A DNA stretch of 64,000 nucleotides from Octopus sinensis (lineage: Eukaryota), in NCBI RefSeq assembly GCF_006345805.1, contig NC_042997.1, forward strand, positions 40,300,001-40,364,000. Direction: 5' to 3'. Positions 51,031-64,000 of the stretch are shown one piece after another. A program made the position numbers and the translations under genes. The notes under the pieces were generated by a model, which worked only from the letters and a program-made list of their open reading frames with translations, was not told where the DNA came from and did not search any database. Position 1 is the stretch's first letter. The number at the start of each line of letters is the position of its first letter.

Positions 51031-52242
51031 AGTGTGTGTGTGTGTTTGTTTGTGTGTCTTTGTTCCTCCCCACCGCTTGACAAACTGTGCCGGTGCGTTT
51101 GCATTCCTGCAACTTAGCGTTGCAGCTACTTATTTTGATATCAGCAGATAATGATTAAAAAATAAAGGACGTCGTTTTACATATGCGCTTGTACGCAACG
51201 GGGAGTACAAATGTAAATGCTCTTATGAATGAAAGTATGGTAATTGCGTTTATTTCCGCCACGCGACGCTTATGTGATCAGCGTGCTCTCTATCGAAAGA
51301 GTGCTCTTTGGTATAAGTAAATGCCTGTGAAATCATTTCAAACCTTTCCGATTTCCCTTCTCAAAACGGATAGGACTTGTGCAACAATTTGACATATCAG
51401 TTATTGTCACCTAGGAAGAGGATTATTTTATGCTCAAGGAAGAGCGTGTATTAGATAGAAATTGTTGAAATACATATGTAGGAAATTGTGGAGAATGGTA
51501 TTCTCTGTACTTGGATTTAGTTAGTATGGGTCAAAAAATCAGCCCCCTTTTTAAATGTAAAAAGTCTGAAAATTTGTCATATTAAACATTCATTTCTTAT
51601 TCATTTGAACCAAAGAATTTATCGAGAAAAAATTTGACGATAAAGTTAGACGTTTAAAAATCGAAAAACTGTCTATTTTTAGTCAATAATAAACCTTCGT
51701 TGTAGCAAACGGTATCAACTTTAAGATTGTACCCTGCGTGACCTGTTCACTGTAGGTTTCTAAACAAAGATGAGTACTTTATAAAGTCATGTTTTTATTT
51801 TTTATATATTTTTGTTATATTATGTATTTGTCTGCATGTTTGGGTAAGTTTTTACAAGTTCATCTACATAAGCAGCTATTTGCGATAACGACAGGTCCCT
51901 TATCGCAAATAGTGGATCTAGTTTGTTTCATTCACAAAATCTGCAGTTTTTAAAAGGGAGTAAAATAATCTGAAAGTTGTTATACTGATGCAGTTTTCCA
52001 CGCTTATTCCTGTGAAGCCATGAACTTCTGGAGAAAAAAATTTGACAAAAACATTACAGACGATTAAAAATCGAAAAAACCCCCACAAAAACTGCCAATT
52101 TTTAGCCAATAATGAGACAGAAATTTTCTGCGTTGTAGCGGCATCAACTTCGCGGTGTCAACTTTAAGGTTGTACCCTGTGAAATTTATACTTTAGCATC
52201 CAACTCGAATACTATGTAACACATAAAGCATCAATTTTCAAA

Positions 52243-52283
<41 letters not shown>

Positions 52284-53592
52284 CAAACCTCTGTGTGTGT
52301 ATGTTTGCTAGTGTCTGTTTTGTTTTAGCTTTTGTTTACTTATACACATCAGCAAATGAGTCAATGCCACACTCTCTGCGTGGTTATTCAATTTGCTTGA
52401 AATAACACCCAAATCTTCCTCATATTATATTTTTGTTAGTATTAAGGAAAGGGGGAAAATGTTTATTCCTCCATCATTACGATTAAAATTAATATTTTTG
52501 ATTTTGTTCGGTTCTATGAATTTAATTTTTTTTAAAATGCTTCTGTCCATTGCTTGATACAAAAAAAGAGAAGAAAAAAAAAAGAAATTGAAAAATCCTG
52601 ACCAAAACAGAAATTCTAACTTAAAAAAGAGAAAGAAAAGGTTCTGTTTTCCAAAGCCGAAAGATGTGTTTTTAGTTGTGGTGTAATATTATAATTAAAA
52701 CAAATTAAAAATTTCCATTTCGGAACATAAGACTTACCACATTATCTGGTGTATGGCCGCAGTTCAAATCGGTGCAAAACCTAAAGCAAATGTGTGTGTG
52801 TGTGGTTGGGGCCTTTAATAGCCCGGGGTCAATTTAACTTCAATCGCAGAAAGGAATTCAAAGCGACAGCACACGCAATCGTATACATAGAAACACACAC
52901 AAACACATACCTATCAGCTACTCCAAAATTCTGACCACCAATCTTTATATATTTGCACACAACCACACACATACACATTCAGCTTTTTCTTTTTATTCAT
53001 TGCTTTTTTTCTTCTTTTAGTCATCTGTCACTATTCATCTGTTTTAGCTCTTGTTTTTGTTTTGGGAGTTTCTCTCCAGCGACATCACTAATTGGTACCA
53101 GGAATTTTCTTGGTGTCGCCAAAGTGGGAAAAGTGTTTTTTAAGTTTTTGAAAATTTGAAACAAAATGGCATGGTTTTTGTTAAACTGACTGTCGCAGAG
53201 GTGTGAAAATATGGCTACTACTCGCTCATTTCAAATTAAACTGTCTGTCTGTCTGCCATCTCTTTCCCCCTCTCTCTCCCCTTATATATATATTGCGCAT
53301 CAGAGTATCGATAGATTTATATATTTCCTACGTAAAATTTTGCACTTTGCATTGAATAGTGAAATGTTACACTGTTTTTGTCAGAGACTAATTATTCGTA
53401 CGTGCCATTGTGGATACTTAAAAGATGAGTTCGAGTGCGATATAAACATAGAATTGTCAACATATTCTAACGCTAAACAATTTGATGGTAGTTATGGGAA
53501 TTGAACAAAAAGTGAATATTTTTAACAAATACATTGCAATGCAATTTTGAAAACATTGAAAACTTAATATGCAATTATCATATGTATGTATG

Positions 53593-53670
<78 letters not shown>

Positions 53671-53876
53671 ATGTATATATGTATGTATGTACATATATAT
53701 ATATAGATAGATATATATAATATATATTTATATATATGTATGTATGTATATATGTATGTATTATAGATATATATGTAGCTATATATATATATAGATATAT
53801 AGATATTTGTATATATATACGCATACATATATATATGCATACATGTACATCTATCTATCTATATGTATGTATATAG

Positions 53877-53959
<83 letters not shown>

Positions 53960-54616
53960 GTACATATATACATATATGTATTTATATAGGCAGATACCTG
54001 TACTCACATATACATTCTTAGTCTCGTGTTTGTATAAATATTGAGAGACTAACGTTTTGGTCACGTATCAAGAATCTGTTGAATTCGCCTACTGAGCGAT
54101 TAGTTCTTATTTCAATGCAAACTCCAAACGTAAGCAACACCCACACTATTAGTAGGAGTAGAAAGAATTAGAAAAGTAGTAGACATCGAGATACTAAGTG
54201 AGAGTCTACATTCATACAAGATAACTCGACATTTTTTAAGTGACCAAGCAACGAATATGATTATTATTAGTATGTCTCGAAAATCTGATATCACTTTTTT
54301 GGGTACTAAAATGATGAATTTTGATCCGATTATGATTTCTTTTGATTTGCAATAAACCCATATTCCTCTTAATTTTCTGAAGCAAATTGAATTTTGGTTA
54401 ACCCCAAACCCGCCCTGATACCTGACTGTTCTGTGATTCTACGATTTCTAGATGCATAGTGTGTTCGGGATCACACTATCCACTGTGTTTTGCTTTTGTA
54501 AAACACTAGGTTGTAATTTAAAGGACATGTCGTCACTGTTTTCTCTAAGACGAGTGACTGCTATTGATTGCGCTTTACTGGAATTTAAACCTAGAGACAT
54601 TAAGCTTTATAATATA

Positions 54617-55029
54617 CTAGCAGCTAAGCCTGGTTTCACCCCGTCTGTTTGGATGATGTGGCTGTGATCGTTTTCGGTTAGGCAGAATCTATAACAGTGT
54701 TTCTAAACCTTATCATTTCGGGTCCCCTGTTTCGATTGGAGCCTCCAGCTGTATGAATATTTCCTGGCTCCCCTACCCCAGTCAGAAAATAGCTTCAGGA
54801 GTTGAAAAGAACGAATTTGTACGTAGTCTGGGGGAATTCCATTAGAAAAGGCTTTAATCAATTTTCTCGGTAACTATGGGGGCTAGGAAAAAATACAAAC
54901 CGCATTCCCATCTGTGCACCCGTCTCCATATGTGTGCAATTTTTCACGTGAATCCACCCAGCTGTTTGGCCGTGAACCTCAAGACAAGAAAGAATACAAC
55001 GATCGCCCATGTCCAATTTATATTATAGA
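54617..55029 (-). mobile_element. Non-autonomous Helitron, third subfamily
   Basis: Minus strand A|TCTATAATATAAA ... ggtgaaaccaggcttagctgCTAG|T. Confidence 0.78.
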
Positions 55030-55909
55030 TAATACGACGGAAGTCTCTCCGCTATATTCCCCTTTAGAGAAAGCAAAATACTTGAAGGTTTTAAAAGACT
55101 AATGATGATGATTAATTAGGACGACGTCGTCCATAGCCACAACGACGGCAATACTGGTAATGATGAATGATGATGACGCCAACGACGGTTGTCAATTGGA
55201 AGTTTGATCGACATCAAACAAATATACTTTATCGTTGCTAGGAGAACGTTAGCTCGATGAAAGTTCCTAAAACGATTGCAGGCTTTCCTTGATAATTCTA
55301 TGCTAATAAAATCCGCTGAAAGTATACGATTTGCAGTTCATGCCTTTTCATTAGTTTTGTGTATATATATGATATTTGCTAGTAATACAAGAATAAAATC
55401 CTTTTATATCCATTATCAGTTTTACATTAACTGATAATTTGTCTCAGAAAATTGTTTCTCTGATATAGTTCTTTGTAAGTGGACCAGAACACGCATGTAT
55501 TTTCATTTACCAGAGGAGTAAATGTTTAACTTCATTGTTCTCTGCTAATCTTTAATCAGATAGAACTTTGCTGATGTTCAGGTGATATAGAACCGTCGTT
55601 AATTTCTAACTCGACATCGGTATTTTGAGTCACATATCTCCAAATTGTTATTATGATATCACAAAGAACATTGAGTGAACAAGGGTGCCTTTAAGAGTTC
55701 GCTGGACTTTCTAAATGCCTAATAGTAAAATGTCTCTCAAATCACGCAGCTTACTGCCTTAAACGGAGAATAACACATTAGATAATGTAATTTAATAGGT
55801 AATATAAATGAGGGGAAACTTTCGGTTGTAAAACCTTTTGTCATCGGTTTACTCAACCAGGGCTGATATCAGGCAGATAATGAGGCGCTATGAATATGTA
55901 TATTTCGCA

Positions 55910-56065
55910 GGCAAGGCAATATGGATAAAAAAATTCGCTTCGCAACGACATGGTTTCGGGTTCAGTCCCCCGATACGGGACCTGAGGAAAGCGCCTTTTA
56001 TTGAGGTTCCAGGTCAACCAGCGCCAGAGAGAATTTGGTTGACGGAAACTGAAAGTTCGTTCTGT

Positions 56066-56097
<32 letters not shown>

Positions 56098-56312
56098 TTG
56101 TGTATGTGTGTGTGTAAGCGAGTGCATATGTATATGAGTATGTGTCTACGTTTGCATTCGTCCACCACTGCTTAGTGACCGCTGTTGGTTTGTTTACCTA
56201 CCCGAAAATTAGCGGTTCGGCAAAAAAACCGATAGAGTAAGTGCCAAACTTAAAACATAAATACAAGGGACGATTTGTTATACCAACCCTACAAGGTGGC
56301 ATTCCAGCATGA
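55910..56312 (+). mobile_element. Diverged SINE, family A
   Basis: 'tttcgggttcagtcccc', 'gacggaaactgaaag', 'ttagcggttcggcaaaa', 'ttccagcatg'. Confidence 0.75.
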
Positions 56313-56914
56313 GAGCAAGTAAAGGGGGTACAATGAACAACAATGATATTGCTGTACAAATTAACAGAAGACAATTTGAGAATATTCTGTCATGAATTAC
56401 TACAACAGGAAGAAAAGAATCTTTAATAATGCACTAACGACATCACTAGTTAACATTAGGAAGTCATTACTGACACTTAAAACAGATTTATTTTAATTTC
56501 AACGCCCTTACATTTAAATTTGATTAAATCATTTGTTTTTCAGCTATAATCTCCTGCAGATTCACTTTCTGCATGTAATCCAATTAGTCGTGTCTTTCTT
56601 TTTTCTTTGGTTCACACCAAGGAAGCTAACTCATATCTAATAACACAGTCTGCCTTTCTCATCAACGAAAATCCATAACATTTATAAATTTGTTTAATGT
56701 ACTGGTAATAAGTGCAGTAGAATAAAATAAACGTTCCAAGCAAGGCAGTTCCGCAACATGGCTTCGATTAATGCTCTCAGCTTTCTTTATTCATTTATAC
56801 GTTCAATGTACATGGAGAAGATACGGGTGTCATAGCATATCATTTTATATTCCTGATATTCTTAATGTAGCAAATTCAATAGAGATGTTAGTTCTTAATA
56901 TCTAAGTCGTAGAA

Positions 56915-57136
56915 GGCGGCGGGCTGGCAGATTCGTTAGTACGCAGGGCGAAATGTTTAGCGGCATTTCGTCCATCTTTCGTCTGACTTCAAAATCCGCG
57001 GAGGTCGACTTTGCCTTTCATTCTTTCGAGGTCGATAAAAAATAAGTACCAGTTGAGTCTAGGGGTCGATGTAATCGACTTGATTCCCCCCACCCCACCT
57101 CGAAATTGCTGGCCTTGTGCCAAAGTTAAAATCAAT
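56915..57136 (+). mobile_element. SINE family B with tail type 2
   Basis: Family B head and body, ending in 'cctcgaaattgctggccttgtgccaaag'. Confidence 0.85.
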
Positions 57137-58905
57137 AAATGAGTCGGCCACCCAGTTTCGAATCTTGCTCGCAATTTCTTTTTTTCGTTGTAAGTACCTC
57201 ATGAGCACCGCAAATCTTTACTTCCCCTTTCTGGAGGAAACAGTTGGCAATATGTCTGTGATCTCTAATAGATCATTATGTTTAGTAAAATTTAATTCTC
57301 TTTCCTTCTAAAAGTTGGTTAGAAATGATACAGATGTATAGAATTCAAAGTTATTGTATTATCGCCTCTGATGCTCGTAAGCTGGCAAAATCGTCAGCAT
57401 ATTGGACAACCATACAGCTTCTATTCCGACTCCTGTCTTTCTGAGTTTAAATCCCGCTGGGATCAACTTTAGTTTTATTCTTTCTGATGTCGATAAGATA
57501 AAGAACGGGTCATGTACATGGTATCGACTAATCATCTCCTCACAAAATTGCCTAAATCAGAATATTATTTGGACAGTGTCTTGTTTGGTGGCATATACTT
57601 TGGAGCTCCCTACCGCTCACATACATCTAAATATAGCAGCCAATATCCTAGTGAAATCACATCTTACCTTATTAAAATTAAAGGAAGAAAACAATGAATA
57701 ATGATGTTCTAATCGTATAAAGAAGACTAAATGGTCTCGGATGGAATGCTTTTAATCATATACCAGGTCAGACAGAATGAACTGAGGCTAAGCAACAAAA
57801 CTAACAACTGAAATTACACAGTCAGCCCTGCACTACACATTATCACCATACTCCGTAAAGAGTGGTATTTCCACCTGATGTTACAATAGCTAACTTCTTT
57901 TGCGAGACTATTTATCTAGAAATATTTCCCATCAAGCTATGTACAAAAATAATAATATTCATTCTAGAAAGAAACCGTATTTTTTATGCAATCAGTTAAT
58001 ATTTTTATGGGGAAATTAATTCCGTACTTATTAGACGGTAATTGTCAAAAAATGTCTGCTTATTTTGGCAATAGTCGAAACTGTTCATTGTTTTGAGCAT
58101 TAAATATCGATTAGTTATTTACAAATATTTAAAAAGTTGCCCGTTCCACATATGCAAATAGTTATTCAGCTTTAATAGTCATGCTTGATAAACAGTGCTT
58201 TTGATTTCCCGCCGTTAGCATTGACATCACACTGCGTTTGCAGTAAATATCCTTTGTAGAGATGCTACTTTACTAAAACATTATGTTTCGTTTAATTTTA
58301 TATATACATATTCTATTTATATTTCAGTTTAAAGTCATAGCTAATAATATTTATAGTGTTGATGGGTCCGCATCTTATACTTCCCGATGGATACAGTTTG
58401 TCTATCAATATCTGAAACAATTTTGCTTGCTAATATTGATTCTGCCAAGTAACAAGAGAAAAATACTGGACTAATGTTTTGTTTTACTGTCATAGTAGCG
58501 TCTATTTAGCGTTGATAAATTTTCATGTGCTGGATACTTTTCGTTAAAGGTCTAAAAAGGTTGAAATTTAATGAAAAAAGAAAGTTTATTAAGTACAGTT
58601 TAACCATGAAATGAACCTAAACAAAGCAGAATTTGGATTTTCCTAATAATCTTAAGAAACCTGACCAGAGAGTTGCCATAACCTTAGACATAGTGCCTAT
58701 TCTAGACTCAGCTCTCTTGCTTCGTCATGATGTTCTTATAACAAACATTTGTAACTGGCCATGCTGTTATAGTCTAAATCAGAGGTCACATCAGCATGGC
58801 CATATATACGTCTGTCACTCCACGGTCTTTTACATTCTTTATTTGCATATATAATTTCATTACTTTTTTTCTACGTTTTTTGAGATTTGTATCATCCTTT
58901 TTAAA

Positions 58906-60114
58906 ATGAACAAACCAAGTTTAGTGAAGGTCTGTCTGTATTCGGTAGAATTTTAGGAGTTTGGGTTTATTCCCGCCTTGCATGATGAACGCACACCATT
59001 TTGTTTAATGTATCATCAGACATTGACTAATGAGTCAATGAAGGGAGGCTGGCTGGAAGCACAATTGAGAGTAAACCATCTCAATCATGTCAGTTCAAAT
59101 TTGAAACCACAATTGTACATTTGAAGCTAGCTACAAAAGTTCTCTGCTCATAGCAAAGCATGAAAAAAATCACATTATTGGAGAAGAATTGATTAAACCA
59201 TGTATCTCAGTATTTTTAAAACTGTGTTACAAAAGAATGATAAAGATGCTATGGCCATGCCGCTGAATAATAACACTGTCTGCAACAGAACTGATGACGT
59301 GGAGAATGATGTTGAAGAACAGTTAATTGAGAAACTGAAATTATTGAAATTCTCAATACAAATGGAAGTATCTACCTTTAGGGACAGTGATGCCCTGATA
59401 TTGGCATATGTGAGGTACATTTACCAAAAGGAGTTTCAGGAAGGGATGTTGTTCTGTAAATCATTAGAACCGACCGTTGCTGCAGTTGATATCTACTGCA
59501 AACTAAAAAAAGATATTGGGATTCAAACAAAATACCCAAAGGAAACGTTCTGTCATATGCTGCAGTTGGGGCACCTGCTAAGAAGGGCAAGAAAACAGGA
59601 CGCTAAAAGCTGATGATCGCTAAAAATCCAAATATGTTGACTGTACATTCATTTCTACTCCGAGCACAAGGCTCGAAAGTTTTCGGCGATGGGTCCAATC
59701 GATTAGATTAACCCCAGTGCACAACTGGTACTTAATTTATCGACCTCGACAGGACGAAAGGCAAAGTCGACCTCGGTGGAATTTGAACTCAGAACGTAAA
59801 AATAGACGAAATACAACTAAGCATTTCGCCCGGCGTGCTAACACTTCTGCCAGCTCGCCACCTTATGTTGACTGTATATTGCGTTATCTACCGAGAAAAC
59901 CTGATTGCCAAGAAAATTTCCCTTGTTCTTGACGAGGTTTTGCAATCTGTGATCAAGTGTGTTAACACTATCACTTCAAACGTCAAATCTGCTTCGAGCC
60001 AAGAGAAGCAGATTTGAAATTACAAAACGTGGTGATTGACGGCTGGAGCTAACAAAGCTGTCTCCTTGAACCAAGGAAATCTGCCATAGTCGTCAAGCAG
60101 AAGATTCTCATTAA
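58906..60114 (+). pseudogene. Decayed hAT (Charlie/Buster-like) transposase
   Basis: EFGFIPA...PFCLM...LTNESMK (BED finger), EASYKSSLLIAK..NHIIGEELIKP, PLNNNTV, FSIQME...LAYVRYI...LFCKSLE, GAPA, MLTVHCVIYRENLIAK. Contains stops, frameshifts and a SINE insertion. Confidence 0.9.
59650..59862 (-). mobile_element. SINE family B (tail type 2) inserted in the hAT transposase
   Basis: 17-bp TSD tatgttgactgta(c/t)att (59633-49 / 59864-80). Confidence 0.93.
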
Positions 60115-60271
60115 AGGGATTCAGTTTTTTCTTAGTCAATAATGTACTTTTGTTTGTATTCGGTAGTTAATAAAAGAGTTACCAGTTGATACTTTTGTAA
60201 AATCAACCAGCAGTGGGGCATACATTTTTCTGGAAAGTTATAGTGGGACTTGGGAGAAATTAGGTAGTGTA

Positions 60272-60725
60272 TCTGCTAGAAATAACACCCACATCTCTCA
60301 AACATCGGATTATGCAATCCCTGATACGCTTCAACGTGATGGTCAAGGCTGGTAAATGGAATACCTTTGTTTATAGGTTTGCTCACACATGGTTCATTTG
60401 GGATAGATGGAAATTTTCCTTTTTCTTTTGAGGATGTCTCTACACAGCCACCTGATCTGCGAAAAGTAGCGGCTAAATCACTCGCATATTAATCTGCATC
60501 GTCTTAAATTTGGGAAGAACACATCAGATTATGCAGTTCTAGACACTCTTAAAAATCTGACATAGGCAGGGCTGGAATACTTTTGATCATAGATTTGCTC
60601 AATTATAGATCACGTAGGACTAAAAAAAAAAAAAATTGCTAACAAGGATGTCTCTATATTGTCGTCTGGCCTGCTAGAAATAGCAGTCAAATCTTCAAAT
60701 CTTAGTCGTATCTTAAAGACATACT
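60272..60725 (+). repeat. Tandem degenerate copies of repeat family D (units start ~60272, ~60455, ~60670)
   Basis: 'ctgctagaaatagcagtcaaatc', 'ggaatac(c/t)tttg(t/a)t(t/c)atag(g/a)tttgctca' and 'aggatgtctcta' recur. Dispersed copies lie at ~3070, ~37150 and ~47905-48260. Confidence 0.7.
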
Positions 60726-63267
60726 CAATGATGTTGTCCTCAATGATGTTATGCATAACATTGAGATGTTATAGCTGGAACGTCTTCGATCTTAAGTCTT
60801 CTCGATCTGGGCTGACCAGGAGAAAGAAAAAGGAAACAACAGCTTCTTTTCTGCGTTTTTCTGAATTTTCGTACAATATCTTTTGCCATAAAATAATATG
60901 AAAACAACGGAAATATTCAAAAAGCGACTGCGTCATTTATTATGCTTCTTTTCACGGCCTTCTTCAAATTTGGAAGGATGAACAATATTCCAATTTTGTC
61001 CAAATATTCCAATATTGATAGCAAAGCAATGCCTTTGGAAATAGATTCTGTAAATTTTCTCCGTTTTTAGTCTGATTTTTCTTTTTTATTCGACTTTTCT
61101 TAATATGCAGACCTTTTATCAAATTAATATTACTCAAAAAGATATAGATATTGTGGCAAATACCGTAACCTCCAAAGCTTTCGTAGCAATATTGTGTGTG
61201 CAAGGCTAACGAAATTTATGGATGACATTTTTCTCGAAGCAGATCAATCGTAAAATGAGATTGCATGAATAGAAACAAACGAGATGAATAACCATTTGAC
61301 AGTTACTTCATGGTTATAACAAACGTAGGTTAGTTTTACACATGATCTCCATTGACAGTTAAGGGGAGCGGACCATCCACGGTTTAATTATTTGTAGCCG
61401 ACAAGTCAACACTCAGCTCTTATGACCCTGCTTCTTATAGCGTGGGGTTAGCAGAAAATAGAACGGATTTGTTGAAATACCTGCTCATTTATCTGCTAGT
61501 ATTCCAAATCTTTCTTTAATTTTTAAATCATATCTGAGAATGTCCCCAAAATATGATAAATATGTGTAATCACATAAAAGGGAAATCACAATAACAGACA
61601 AACTTAAATTTTGCACCATTTTCGGATTAATAAAAATGGCCACCGCATAAAATCATTATTGATCAGTCATTTTGCATTAGAAATCTGGAATTCTCCATTT
61701 CTTTTGGATAACGTGAAGGATTGCGCTATTCAATGACGTTTGTACACGCCAATACCTCTTCTAGTGATTCTACGGTAGTTCTGAAAAAACGAAAACAACA
61801 CGTATGAAAACAAGTGTTATGAAATATAAATGATGAAAATGGCATGTTTATCTGCGCGTGGTAATGCATACGTGAATGCGTGACCAGCACGTTTCTATAT
61901 TTTTTCGGCAACCAATCAAATATTGATGTGATGAGGACCACTTACATTTAGACGAGGTCACGAATGTTTTTGCTTATTTGTTGTTTTATCTTTGAAAAAA
62001 TTTCTTTAAAACTTCGCGAACCTACATGGCTGTATAGTTAATGTTCGTTTCGCATTCGGTTTCAATTTCATTGCGCGGCACTTTAGGCCGACTAATATTT
62101 TCTTCGTGACTTTGTTGGAGGAAATTTTGTGGAAGACCATCCTATCAGTGTGTCTTTTTGCATCTTTGTGTTTGTGTTTCAGCGTTTGACATCAAGTGTT
62201 GGCTTGATTAGGTTGCGTAACATAGCGCTTCAACAAAACGAGTCCGATATAACAAGTACCACACGTTAAAAATAATAAATATTGTGTTCGATTGACTAAA
62301 TCTTGTGAAGACTCAGTCAAATTACTGAAGCGAGTGAAAGAATGAAAGAATGTATGTGTGTGTGCATGTGTGTGTGTATATGTGTGTGTGCGTTTGAATG
62401 TCAGTGTTAGAGTTTACGCCGGTGTTTTGTTTTCTCCCCTAATTTAGCGATATGATAAACTAAGACAGATAAAATTAGTGCCAGACAAGTACAAAGGTCG
62501 ATAGCATCGATAAAAATTCCTTTCAGTTATCATCCACAGGATCATAGATACACACACACACACACCCACACACCTACATACAGATACACACACACACACA
62601 CATTCAGATGCGCGCATGCACAAACACACATTGCTGTTCTGGGTGTACATGAATGTTTATAAGTATTTTTTTGTGTGTGTGTCTATTCAAGTATCTTGTG
62701 ACGGTTCAGCTATAAATACTGTTTTGAGTAAACGACTCCCGATAGTCCCAGAGATACCTAGACCGACTAGAGATCACCTCCCCTTCATCTGTCGTCGCTA
62801 AGGTATCACCCTACCCACATAACGCAGCTGATTAACTAACGGACGTTATATTTATTTTCTAATGTAGAAGTCATTCCTGCACTCCATGTTTCAAGCAGTG
62901 TTGTCGCTGACGCATCAAACACCACATTTCGTTGTCTACGCAACATTAATATCCATGTGGAATGTTGAATCTGTCATTAGTGACTTTATCACTACAACCA
63001 TGTGACCTGAACAGACCAGTTGGAGTACAGTTTTCTTAATAAGAAAAAAGCCATCTTGTTTTTTCTCCATTGTACGTCCATGTCTAAGGAGGTAGTTGGT
63101 TTATTCATGTTCATGAAACGTTAAGTAACATGACAAGCTAACCTGTGAGTAACTACAAATAAATACAAGTGTACCTATTTACTGAATGCTATTTCTGTTC
63201 GTTTCTTTACCCATTCGTCTTTCTCTCTGTCTCTCTTTCTCTGTCTTTGTCTCTCTCTCTCTCTCTT

Positions 63268-63322
<55 letters not shown>

Positions 63323-64000
63323 CGGCTTCTGTCTTTGCCTGTAAGTCTGTTTATCTCTCTATCTCTCTCTATATATACATATATACATATATGTATGTAT
63401 ATCTACACATGTGTGTATATGTGTGTTTGTGTGTGTGTTTATGTATGTAGGTGCATACTTTGTGTGTATTCCAAAAGTTGTATTATTTGAAACTTTATTT
63501 GAAGTTGTATTCACTTGTTGCTTACGCCCCATTTTGAAATAACCTATACCCTACCCAAATATCGTCACACCTCACCTTGGGAAATATTTGTCTATATAAA
63601 GTGCTGCTATTCATTAGATACGCATATTGATTTGCTAGCAGAGTAATTGCTAGTTGATTGAGAATTAATTCAATTAATACACCTGTCAAATAAATCGGTA
63701 CATCTGAGGTCGAGTTTATAGAATGTCACGAAATTCAGTTTACTCTTTCTTTGCTGCGAATTGTTAAAGGGATTGCTATGTATTCAATACACCGAGACTC
63801 GTAAAAGTTTATTGAAGAAATGGCAGTAATGATGTCAGTGTTAGTGAAGCAATAAAATGAGTTTCAGACGATAATAGAAAAAATTGTTGAAACCAATTTT
63901 GGAACATCAAAATAATGCGCGTAGCTTTCACAACAGAAGACTCTGTGTCCAAATAATGTCGAGGCCACCAATGTAGAAAACTTAGATTCAATCAATGAAG

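Noticed and set aside
59200-59613. 137-aa ORF as a domesticated ZBED/Buster-like host gene
   Set aside because: The homologous frame has upstream stops, frameshifts, a SINE insertion and a large deletion, so it is a fossil.
1-64000. CRISPR array, rRNA gene, telomeric array or LTR retrotransposon
   Set aside because: I saw no repeat-spacer periodicity, rRNA-like sequence, (TTAGGG)n tract or TG...CA LTR pair with PBS/PPT.

Overview
Gene-poor, AT-rich eukaryotic DNA (one 100-N gap at 11921-12020). No host protein-coding exon, true tRNA/rRNA gene or CRISPR array can be supported. The long ORFs in the track are microsatellite artefacts. The repeat families look like those of octopus/coleoid cephalopods; this is an inference from recognition, not a database hit. 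Content: (1) several tRNA-derived SINE families, many with 9-22 bp TSDs; (2) 3'/internal remnants of CR1/L2-like, RTE and I/Jockey-like LINEs; (3) a decayed Penelope-like element (PLE); (4) three non-autonomous Helitrons; (5) hAT, mariner and Mutator/Merlin-like MITEs plus a decayed hAT (Charlie/Buster-type) transposase; (6) three long near-perfect palindromes; (7) large microsatellites. The most interesting signal is a set of unrelated-looking hammerhead ribozyme (HHR) motifs read by eye. These are: an apparently intact type I HHR at 11816-11905, right beside the gap; a one-mutation copy at 21406-21466; a mirrored pair inside the 6953-7328 palindrome; a minimal candidate at 48524-48561; and several decayed copies. 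Also notable: one SINE family and a CR1/L2-like LINE share a 3' stem-loop tail. Coordinates were counted by hand (TSD/TIR/HHR positions to about +/-2 bp, decayed element edges to about +/-30 bp).
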